A stretch of 64,000 nt of DNA, taken from positions 1 through 64,000 of the IMG/VR virus record IMGVR_UViG_3300032295_002257; one strand, 5' to 3'. Of this stretch, positions 55,864-63,723 are shown piece by piece. The notes under the pieces were generated by a model, which was not told the DNA's origin, did not search any database, and saw only the letters and a program-made list of their open reading frames with translations. Numbering within the stretch: position 1 is the stretch's first letter; every line of letters begins with the position of its first letter. The position numbers and the translations under genes were made by a program. Source of the DNA: a virus. Its lineage: Duplodnaviria > Caudoviricetes.

Positions 55864-56829
55864 TTATAATTTAATAAAATATTTTGATTTTTTTAATTCA
55901 TTGTATTCTCGTATTTCACTATTTAAAAAATTATATATTCTTTCAGATATAGGATCGTTTGATTCTGTTAATAACAAATTCAAATGATTATAAAGTTTTT
56001 TGTTAGATATTACATTACCCTTTAAGTTACTTTTTGCATTTGTGTAATCTATTGTATCACTCCATGTATTGAAAAGTTTGAATGCTGAATCTTTTTTACA
56101 ATCATCCAAATCTATAATTTTTACTTTAGTTTTATTTTTTATATTATAAATAAATTCTTTAAATTTAGATAAGTAATTTTGAGTATGTGCATCATAATAA
56201 ATTTGATGAGAATTATAATCAATTATATACATAGTTATTTTCACAAATATATTAATATCGATTATACTTAAACTTTTATCAGAAAAAGTATCTTCTTCAT
56301 TAAAATATAAATCATAATTATTAATAATATTATCTATTTCAGCATCTGTGATATTAATAAGAGATTTTATTTTATTTCTTTCATTTTCGGTTCTTAACAA
56401 CTCACAAACATATTGACCTGTTATTTGAGGTAATCCTGATAAAAATCTTTTTATTGGATTTCTTATTACAAAAACCAAATCCTTTGGATTATTAAATAAA
56501 AATTCATTTATTGTTGATGTGTTACTATGTTGAAAAAACGAATCATAATCATAGCAACTATTTTTATGTTCATCTATAAATTGTATAGATGCGATTAAAT
56601 CTGAAAATTCTGTATTAACAATTAATCTATTATTAGAATTATCAGAATATGAAAAATTAATGTGATATTGGTTATATACTTCATCAATAGTTTTAGGCCA
56701 ATTAGATAAAAACAAAAAGAATCTAGTTCCAACTTTTTGATAGCAAAAAACAATTGCTTTATCAAAAATATTAATTGATGGAGCAAAATTATAATTTTGT
56801 GATTGGTTTTGTATTTGTTGAATATTCAT
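55864..56829 (-). CDS. Sulfotransferase-2 family-like protein (second copy)
   Basis: YQKVGTRFF, FVIRNPIKRFLSG and DAHT. Confidence 0.6.
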   Translation of the reverse strand: MNIQQIQNQSQNYNFAPSINIFDKAIVFCYQKVGTRFFLFLSNWPKTIDEVYNQYHINFSYSDNSNNRLIVNTEFSDLIASIQFIDEHKNSCYDYDSFFQHSNTSTINEFLFNNPKDLVFVIRNPIKRFLSGLPQITGQYVCELLRTENERNKIKSLINITDAEIDNIINNYDLYFNEEDTFSDKSLSIIDINIFVKITMYIIDYNSHQIYYDAHTQNYLSKFKEFIYNIKNKTKVKIIDLDDCKKDSAFKLFNTWSDTIDYTNAKSNLKGNVISNKKLYNHLNLLLTESNDPISERIYNFLNSEIREYNELKKSKYFIKL

Positions 56830-56830
56830 T

Positions 56831-57877
56831 TTAATTACTTAATGGTGCTTTAATTGTGGGATGTGCTTGATATCCTTCTAATACAAAATCTTCTACTTTA
56901 TACATTGGTAAACAATCACCCTCCGCTCTTTTAACATTCTCTGTTATTTTTAATTTTGGTAATTCAAACGGAGTTCTATGAATTTGTTCTTTTGCTTGTT
57001 CTATGTGATTCTTATATAAATGGGTATCACCTAAGTTACCAATTAATTCATAAGGTACCATATCCACTTCTTTTGCTATGATACATAAAAGTAATCCATA
57101 GGATGCAATGTTAAATGGTAATCCTAAAAATGTATCTACCGAACGTTGATTCCACATTAAAGAGATTGCTCGTTTTGGTGTTGATTCATAATATTTATCA
57201 TCAAAATCAGGTATTAACTCATCGTTGAATTCCATACCGGTTTCATAATTTCTATTAAACCAAATTCTATACCTTTCTTTATTACTTAATTCTCTCGTAT
57301 ACATTTGAAATCCGTAATGACATGGTGGTAAAACCATTTGGTCTAATTCACCTACATTCCAAGCAGATACCATCAATCTTCTACTATCGGGATTTGTTTT
57401 GAGTTCGTTGATTAGATTTTGGATTTGGTCTATTGGTTCATAACCATTCTTAATATCCCACTCTCGCCATTGCTTACCATAAATAGGTCCTAACTCACCC
57501 CACTTTTGAGCAAACTCATTATTAGTTTTTATCTTATCTATAAATTGTTCTTTGGTTAATTGACTTTCATTACCAAACCATTCTGTCATAGTTTTTTGAT
57601 AATTTTTATAAGCATCACCATCCCAAATGTGACAATCGTTATCAACTAAGTATTTGATATTCGTATCACCTCTCAAAAACCATAGAAGTTCTGTAACTAT
57701 AGTTTTCCATGCCATCTTCTTTGTGGTTAGTAACGGAAACCCATCTTTCATTTTGTGGCGAATCTGTCTACCAAATACGGAAACAGTTCCAGTCCCAGTT
57801 CTATCTTCTTTAAATGTTCCATTAAGTGCTCCTATATCGGTAAGCAGTTCTTGGTATTGTTTATCTAAATTATTCAT
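56831..57877 (-). CDS. thyA: Thymidylate synthase
   Basis: DRTGTGT, ELLWFLRG, LGPIYGKQWR, PDSRR, LPPCH and QRSVDTFLGLPFNIASY. Confidence 0.96.
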   Translation of the reverse strand: MNNLDKQYQELLTDIGALNGTFKEDRTGTGTVSVFGRQIRHKMKDGFPLLTTKKMAWKTIVTELLWFLRGDTNIKYLVDNDCHIWDGDAYKNYQKTMTEWFGNESQLTKEQFIDKIKTNNEFAQKWGELGPIYGKQWREWDIKNGYEPIDQIQNLINELKTNPDSRRLMVSAWNVGELDQMVLPPCHYGFQMYTRELSNKERYRIWFNRNYETGMEFNDELIPDFDDKYYESTPKRAISLMWNQRSVDTFLGLPFNIASYGLLLCIIAKEVDMVPYELIGNLGDTHLYKNHIEQAKEQIHRTPFELPKLKITENVKRAEGDCLPMYKVEDFVLEGYQAHPTIKAPLSN

Positions 57878-57881
57878 ATAG

Positions 57882-58241
57882 TTATTTTATAATCCCATGT
57901 GGATTTGGCTTTCCATTTTCATCTACTGATACAAATACAATTTTATCTATTCTAATTATAGTTTTCTTAGTATCTTTATTTCTAACCTCACAAGCTATTG
58001 TTACTGATGTTGTCCCAAATCCTACCAACTCACATCCTATTTCTATTATATCCCCTAACTTAGCAGATGATATGAAGTTCACCTCACTCATAGCTTTAGT
58101 TACTATACTTCTACTACTCAATTGACATATACAAAATATAGCCGCTTCTTCATCTATCCATTTCAATACTTGTCCGCCGAATAGAGTTCCTCTTGCATTT
58201 AAATCTTCGTATTTTATTAATTTCCTAGTTCTAAAATTCAT
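57882..58241 (-). CDS. Acyl-CoA thioesterase (hotdog fold, YciA-like)
   Basis: DLNARGTLFGGQVLKWIDE, GTTS and FVSVDENGKP. Confidence 0.85.
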   Translation of the reverse strand: MNFRTRKLIKYEDLNARGTLFGGQVLKWIDEEAAIFCICQLSSRSIVTKAMSEVNFISSAKLGDIIEIGCELVGFGTTSVTIACEVRNKDTKKTIIRIDKIVFVSVDENGKPNPHGIIK

Positions 58242-58247
58242 ATCAAT

Positions 58248-58562
58248 TTACTTCTTAATGTTATTTTTGGGTTGTGTTTTTGTTTTAAAAAAGATAAATA
58301 GTTTGGATTCTAAGTTATCCATTTGTGTCATTGCTATCCACTTTCCCAATACACTACCACCGATATAAAAAGGTAATACCCACATATCTCCTTTTAAAAG
58401 GCTATCTAATGAAAAATAAACTGAAGCAAGTGATACTAAGTTAATCCATACTGAATTAAGTAGTAACCTATTTAATTGATTCTCATAAGTAAATTTAATC
58501 TCCAATACTTTAAAGATATTGAACATTATTTGAAAGGTTAATATGGCTATATAATTCATCAT
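58248..58562 (-). CDS. Small multi-pass membrane protein
   Basis: About three hydrophobic segments. Confidence 0.55.
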   Translation of the reverse strand: MMNYIAILTFQIMFNIFKVLEIKFTYENQLNRLLLNSVWINLVSLASVYFSLDSLLKGDMWVLPFYIGGSVLGKWIAMTQMDNLESKLFIFFKTKTQPKNNIKK

Positions 58563-59449
58563 TTAATAAAAGGTAGTATTGCTAACTCCTTTCCTTTTGC
58601 TTCAACCATAATGTCCAAATCCAAGCCGTATGTATTGGGGAGGGCATTAATAAGATAGGAATGAGCTTGTGGTTTTTCTTTTTGGTTATTTTCATGCAAT
58701 GCTTTTGATTCGGAATAGTGAACCTCTTGTCTAATATCTTTTGGCCAAGTAGTTGCTGCTAATTTAAGTGCTTCTTCTTCACTCATACCACCTGTACAAA
58801 ATTGGTGGTGGTGATAATCGAACACAATTGGAATACCAGTCTTTTCGTGAATATACATCAAATCTTTTACAGAATACATTGAAGCCTTATCATCATTCTC
58901 CAGTGTGAATCGTTTGCGAACTGATGGTGAGAGTCTTTTAAAGTTTTGAATCAATCTATTCATTGCTGATTGTTTATCTCCATAGACACCATTACAATGA
59001 ATATTAATATTGTTGTATGTTGTTTTGGATAATCCCATCATATCAAAAACCTTACCATGTAATTCTAAATCTGCTATAGTTTTTAGAATAACTGATTCGT
59101 TGGGAGAAGGCAATACATTGAATGGACCAGGATGGGAATTAATACGCATGTTCCAAAACTTAGCGTAATCACCTGCTTTTTTTAATTCCGATTTAATCTC
59201 TTTGTAATCTTTCAATTGAGTAATATCTATATTGTCACCCCAAGGAATAAGAGCAGATGATAAACGAAAGAAATTAATTCCGTTTAATCTATTCCATTCT
59301 AAAATCTTAATGATATCTTTTGCATTAAGTAATGCAAGTTCGGAAACATAATCTAAACCTTTTTGTTCAAAGGTTTTTTTAACCATAGTTCGATTGGTAG
59401 TAACCTTCTTACCCATAGTCATATTAATACATGCGTATCCTAAATTCAT
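58559..59449 (-). CDS. uvsE: UV-damage endonuclease
   Basis: LGYACIN, FFRLSS, HPGPFNVL, LENDD, VFDYHHH, HYSES and MVEAKGKE. Start moved from 59476 to 59449 because the longer start overlaps a promoter. Confidence 0.92.
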   Translation of the reverse strand: MNLGYACINMTMGKKVTTNRTMVKKTFEQKGLDYVSELALLNAKDIIKILEWNRLNGINFFRLSSALIPWGDNIDITQLKDYKEIKSELKKAGDYAKFWNMRINSHPGPFNVLPSPNESVILKTIADLELHGKVFDMMGLSKTTYNNINIHCNGVYGDKQSAMNRLIQNFKRLSPSVRKRFTLENDDKASMYSVKDLMYIHEKTGIPIVFDYHHHQFCTGGMSEEEALKLAATTWPKDIRQEVHYSESKALHENNQKEKPQAHSYLINALPNTYGLDLDIMVEAKGKELAILPFIK

Positions 59450-59473
59450 TATTTGATATAATTTGTTGTTAAA

Positions 59474-59505
59474 CAAATATACGAAAAATAGCTGAATTTA
59501 CCAAA
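59474..59505 (-). promoter_or_regulatory. Bacteroidota-type sigma70 promoter
   Basis: TTTG-N20-TATATTTG upstream of uvsE. Confidence 0.8.
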
Positions 59506-59507
59506 TA

Positions 59508-59831
59508 TTATAGGGAGAAACTTTCCCCACACCCACAAGTTCTGCTGGCGTTTGGATTTATAAATTGGAATCCTTTACCATTTAATCCATCGGAAAATTC
59601 TAATTGAGTTCCAAATAAGTAAAGTAGTGATTTATTATCTACAAGAATTTTAACCCCCTTATCTTCTGCTAAAGTATCATTTGTTTGTTTATCAGTATCA
59701 AATGAAAGGTCATAGGATAATCCACTACATCCACCACCTTTAACCGCAACTCTAACATATGGAGTTTGAAATCCACTCTCTTCTATAAGCGATGATAATT
59801 TTTTAGCTGCTGTTTCTGTAACTGTAATCAT
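59508..59831 (-). CDS. iscA: A-type Fe-S cluster carrier (IscA/SufA/HesB)
   Basis: GGGCSGLSY, FSDGLNGKGF and NPNASRTCGCGESF. Confidence 0.93.
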   Translation of the reverse strand: MITVTETAAKKLSSLIEESGFQTPYVRVAVKGGGCSGLSYDLSFDTDKQTNDTLAEDKGVKILVDNKSLLYLFGTQLEFSDGLNGKGFQFINPNASRTCGCGESFSL

Positions 59832-61246
59832 TAGTAAGATTTTGATTCAAAGTTAGTTGGGTATTGTGATGGTTTTATATGTTGTATCCAATAGTTAACC
59901 GCATTTTGGTCATTTATCCAATTTTTACGGTCATTCCAATTAAAATCATTTTTGGCGTAATATGGTAACATCCCACTCATAACTTGAGCTCTATTTGGAT
60001 GTGCCGTTACTTTGTTTATCAAACCATCTCCATCGGTATCAATACCATCAATAGAACCATCTCCATCTAAATCAATTCCTCTTGGTGTATAATCAGTTTG
60101 CAATGCTAAAAGTATTTCATCTGTTATTTCTGGCTCCAATGCTTTCTTTTCTTCATCTGTCAACGTAACTTCTTCCACATTCGTTGTAGTGGAATCAATT
60201 TCGTTTTTTTTTTCGGCTTCGTATTTTTTGGCTGCTTCTACTAAAGCATCATTTGGTTCTGATGGATTTTCTATTTCGTTAAAGAATATTTCCGCATCTT
60301 TTTCGGATGCTAGTATTGGTTCATCATATAATCCTAACTCTTGATCATTCTTCATCATTTCAGTTAACATTTCATGTCTTTCTTCTCGAGTTGGAGATTT
60401 TTTTCCATTATCTCCGTATATTTCGTAATTTTTTTCCTCTAAATCATCTAACCCATCTGCTAATGTAACATCCCAATCTGAAAAATCATCTTCCTCTTTG
60501 CGTTTCATCAATAATCCGTTGAATGCAATAATCAATGCTACTGCTAATGGGTCGAATACCAATACAATTATAAGGATAAAGAATTTTACAACATCGTTAA
60601 GTGGAACATTGAATGCTTCCGCTACGAATCTGAATCCACCAACTTCTCTTTCCAATTCAATGTTGTTATTTTTAATTGAGTTGATTGAATCTAATGCTAC
60701 ATTATTTTGTATTGTCAACTCATCTATTCTTTTAGAAACTGATGCAATTTCTTTATCAGCATTTCTAATCATTTGAGATACTCTTGAAGTAGATCTATCC
60801 TTATCAATTTGTTTGGATAAATTACTCTCTTGTGAGTTACGAATGTTTTGCTGATTAGTTAATTGAGTTGTGTAACGAGCTATTTCAGCATCGTTCTTTT
60901 CAATTTGAGTTTGATATACTGCTATATCCCTTTCAATCTTTTGTAATCCTAAATTTTGTTGTTGGAAAGCATTTGATAAGTATCCAAAGATACCGGCGGA
61001 TGTGATTAACATTAAGGTAGCAACTGATATTGTTAAATACCATTTGTTAAATCCTTTAAGAGTATCCCACTCTTGCTTTAGGTAAGTTGCCGCTACCAAT
61101 TTGGCAAATTCTAATGCACCTGCCATTACCATTACCGATACAGTGGCTCCTGCGAAAAGAACACCCAATCCAGTTACGGAAAAATATGCAGCACATCCAG
61201 CAACAATAATTGCTGAAAATCCAACCAAATACTTTAACCAATTCAT
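59831..61246 (-). CDS. Membrane protein with periplasmic coiled coil and acidic tail with Ca-binding-like repeats
   Basis: N-terminal TMs (AAYFSVTGL...LEFAKL), coiled coil, TM FDPLAVAL, and DLDGDGSIDGIDTDGDG. Confidence 0.6.
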   Translation of the reverse strand: MNWLKYLVGFSAIIVAGCAAYFSVTGLGVLFAGATVSVMVMAGALEFAKLVAATYLKQEWDTLKGFNKWYLTISVATLMLITSAGIFGYLSNAFQQQNLGLQKIERDIAVYQTQIEKNDAEIARYTTQLTNQQNIRNSQESNLSKQIDKDRSTSRVSQMIRNADKEIASVSKRIDELTIQNNVALDSINSIKNNNIELEREVGGFRFVAEAFNVPLNDVVKFFILIIVLVFDPLAVALIIAFNGLLMKRKEEDDFSDWDVTLADGLDDLEEKNYEIYGDNGKKSPTREERHEMLTEMMKNDQELGLYDEPILASEKDAEIFFNEIENPSEPNDALVEAAKKYEAEKKNEIDSTTTNVEEVTLTDEEKKALEPEITDEILLALQTDYTPRGIDLDGDGSIDGIDTDGDGLINKVTAHPNRAQVMSGMLPYYAKNDFNWNDRKNWINDQNAVNYWIQHIKPSQYPTNFESKSY

Positions 61247-61258
61247 TATATCTATAGT

Positions 61259-61447
61259 TTAGTAAGAATTTCTAGATGTAACTATGTTTTTGATACGTTC
61301 GATGAATTCATCGATTTCTTTACAATATTTAGCTGCTTCAGCAGGGTTTGCTTGCTTCTTTCCTTCAATCATATCGGAAATAACTTTAGTTCTCATTGAT
61401 ATAAAATCTAAGTTATCAATGATTCTATCTTTGTATTCGTTTTTCAT
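61259..61447 (-). CDS. Hypothetical protein
   Basis: 62-aa ORF with a late motif upstream. Confidence 0.5.
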   Translation of the reverse strand: MKNEYKDRIIDNLDFISMRTKVISDMIEGKKQANPAEAAKYCKEIDEFIERIKNIVTSRNSY

Positions 61448-61469
61448 AAAATTTGTTTAATGTTCAAAT

Positions 61470-61478
61470 AATAAATAT
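61470..61478 (-). promoter_or_regulatory. Putative late promoter motif ATATTTATT
   Basis: Upstream of the start at 61447. Confidence 0.5.
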
Positions 61479-61490
61479 ATGTTTAATAAA

Positions 61491-61520
61491 AAAAGGGTGA
61501 ATTTTGACACCCACCCTTTT
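61491..61520 (-). terminator. Intrinsic terminator after hsp20
   Basis: AAAAGGGTG-N12-CACCCTTTT. Confidence 0.75.
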
Positions 61521-61533
61521 AAATTGTATAGGA

Positions 61534-62013
61534 TTACCCTATTGAAATTGTCCTTTTGGAAGGAATTTGTTTTTCTTTTCTTGGTATCGTAAGTTCCAAA
61601 ATACCATCATTAAATACGGCTTTAATACCATCCAAATTGAATACTTTAGAATCGGCTGTAAAGCTTCTAAAGAAAGATGAACGTTTTAATTCTCTACGAA
61701 CATACACTCCACCTTCTTTTTCTTCAACCTTAGCTCCCTTCTCTCCTTTCAAACTAATAACATCACCATCAATATCAATTGTGATTTGTTCTTTAGTTAA
61801 GCCTGGAATTTCTGCTACGATTTCGATTCTATCATCAAAGTTAATGATATCGCATTTTGGATATGCGCTTTTTTGAAATACATCTACACCTACTTCTTTT
61901 GATAACTCTGGAAATGCGTCTGAAAACACTTTATCGAATAAAGTATCTAATGGTGAGAAGAACTCGTCCCTAAATTGCGGGGTAGGGAATCCCCTTTGAA
62001 TTTGATTTTTCAT
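61534..62013 (-). CDS. Small heat-shock protein (Hsp20/alpha-crystallin)
   Basis: YPKCDI, EIPGLTKEQI, RRELKRSSFFRSF and AVFNDGILELTIP. Confidence 0.93.
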   Translation of the reverse strand: MKNQIQRGFPTPQFRDEFFSPLDTLFDKVFSDAFPELSKEVGVDVFQKSAYPKCDIINFDDRIEIVAEIPGLTKEQITIDIDGDVISLKGEKGAKVEEKEGGVYVRRELKRSSFFRSFTADSKVFNLDGIKAVFNDGILELTIPRKEKQIPSKRTISIG

Positions 62014-62090
62014 TTTTTACCTTGTTTAAGCGTTATAATTAACCATCCTCTTTTGAGCGATGGGTTCGTTCCGCTGGCCAGCCTGAACAT
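62014..62090 (-). promoter_or_regulatory. Structured 5' UTR, candidate ROSE-like RNA thermometer
   Basis: Two GC-rich hairpins, then ACGCUU-AAAC-AAGGU with a bulged G over the SD-like AAGG. Confidence 0.55.
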
Positions 62091-62091
62091 A

Positions 62092-62100
62092 TATAAATAT
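62092..62100 (-). promoter_or_regulatory. Putative late promoter motif ATATTTATA
   Basis: Immediately upstream of the structured hsp20 leader. Confidence 0.55.
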
Positions 62101-62108
62101 AATCGTTT

Positions 62109-62774
62109 TTATTTTTTTAACGATTGTTTATATTCTGAATTCTCCATTCGGCAACTCATATGGTCTGCCCAATGTAATAGATAAGGTAATTCCGTTTTTA
62201 ATTGGAACTTCTCATCATATGAAATAAAGTATTTTTTACTAGCCTCATTATACAATCCATCAGCTAACATAATACCAATCATTTCTTTTTCAGTATATTT
62301 GATTCCATACTGATTTAACATCCACAATGCTCTATGGGTTACATCCATATAATGAAGTGAACCATTTAAAGTAAATTCTTCATTTTTATTTTTACGAGCC
62401 CAATCATTATCTTGTGGAAGATAATAGGGTTGTTTACCATCACCCAATTTACCTAAGTCGTGATGTAGTGCTGCGAACAATAATTCTTCAACTTCAAAAT
62501 CTATAAATCCACCATTCTCTTTGAATTGCTTCATCATACCCATTGAGTTTTTACATACGTTCATAACGTGGTCAATATAACCACCCACATAAGCGGAGTG
62601 GAAATGAAGTTTACCGGATGCGGGTGCAATTGTTAATTCAACACCTAATTCATTTTCAGAATACATATGAAGTAATTGTTCCATACGTTCGGGTTGTTTA
62701 GCAAATGCTTTCCTAATAAAATTTAAGAACTTATCATAGTTCTCTTGTAGTTGGGTTTCAGTATAATTTCTCAT
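62109..62774 (-). CDS. HD-domain phosphohydrolase (YhaM-like)
   Basis: APAS...HSAYVGGYIDHV, ALHHDLGK, ADGLY and LHWAD. Confidence 0.8.
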   Translation of the reverse strand: MRNYTETQLQENYDKFLNFIRKAFAKQPERMEQLLHMYSENELGVELTIAPASGKLHFHSAYVGGYIDHVMNVCKNSMGMMKQFKENGGFIDFEVEELLFAALHHDLGKLGDGKQPYYLPQDNDWARKNKNEEFTLNGSLHYMDVTHRALWMLNQYGIKYTEKEMIGIMLADGLYNEASKKYFISYDEKFQLKTELPYLLHWADHMSCRMENSEYKQSLKK

Positions 62775-62778
62775 AACA

Positions 62779-62810
62779 CAAATATACGAATTTATTTTTT
62801 AATTTCCAAA
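62779..62810 (-). promoter_or_regulatory. Bacteroidota-type sigma70 promoter (leaderless geometry)
   Basis: TTTG-N20-TATATTTG-TGTT-ATG, with the same spacing to ATG as at 212. Confidence 0.8.
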
Positions 62811-62812
62811 TT

Positions 62813-63178
62813 CTATTCTAAATCTTCACCTGTTAATACTTTATAAAGAATTTCTAATTCTTCTTCGGATGCACAATATCCCAATCCTTCAGTTCCTAAT
62901 AGTTCTACAAAGAACGTTCCGGGTGCCAATCCCATATCTTTTAATATACCAATCTCATCCGTTGAATTTGATGTTAAGCGTGGTGCATATTCATCACCTC
63001 TACTTCGTGGAAGGGGTAGTGTATAATAGTAAACCTCTTCATCTGATTCACTACTATATTCACCTTCTTCATCATCTACACTCATCACATCACCAACTAC
63101 ATGCTTATACCACTTCTGTCTCTTAAATGTTTCATCGGTTAGTGGAGTTAATGGTAATTTTATTTCTTTACTTCTCAT
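62813..63178 (-). CDS. Hypothetical acidic protein
   Basis: 121-aa ORF overlapping the upstream stop by 1 nt. Confidence 0.55.
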   Translation of the reverse strand: MRSKEIKLPLTPLTDETFKRQKWYKHVVGDVMSVDDEEGEYSSESDEEVYYYTLPLPRSRGDEYAPRLTSNSTDEIGILKDMGLAPGTFFVELLGTEGLGYCASEEELEILYKVLTGEDLE

Positions 63179-63723
63179 TATTCTAATACGATTTTTGTAA
63201 AAATTGTTTTTTTAGAAATACTATGTTTTGCTTTCAATACCAATGTATCACCAACCATATCCATAATAGGAGCTATCATATTATTTATCACACCATCCTT
63301 TCCACTATATGATACTGAATTTGTGGTTGGAACTAATTCATCTTTAGATGCTATCATTGGTGGTAGTTTTACAATAGTAAATTGACCTGTAAAATAGTTT
63401 ATATAACTTTTAGTGATATAGGCTGTTGTATCTCCTTTTCGTAACCACCAATATAAATTACTTTCCCATTCTACTCTTTGTGGCGGATATGGTTCTTTTC
63501 CATTTACTAACAACCTACCTGTTACTCTATGTGATTGTGAACCACCTAATGTTATTAGTTTTAAATGGTAGTATCCGTTTTGGTCTAAAGGCAGTGATTG
63601 ATTACCACTTCTTGTTAATACAGAATCTATTGTTAATGAATAGTTTTGAATGGGTATATTATCATCTTCTTTTGAACACCCAATTACAAATAAAAATGTT
63701 AAGGGGATTAGAATGTATTTCAT
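63178..63723 (-). CDS. Lipoprotein
   Basis: MKYILIPLTFLFVIG-C-SKEDD lipobox; start at the TAATG overlap at 63723 (the track extends it to 63753). Confidence 0.7.
   Translation of the reverse strand: MKYILIPLTFLFVIGCSKEDDNIPIQNYSLTIDSVLTRSGNQSLPLDQNGYYHLKLITLGGSQSHRVTGRLLVNGKEPYPPQRVEWESNLYWWLRKGDTTAYITKSYINYFTGQFTIVKLPPMIASKDELVPTTNSVSYSGKDGVINNMIAPIMDMVGDTLVLKAKHSISKKTIFTKIVLE

Noticed and set aside
59450-59476. Longer uvsE start given by the ORF track
   Set aside because: It overlaps the -7 promoter box, and the family N-terminus is M-x-LGYAC at 59449.
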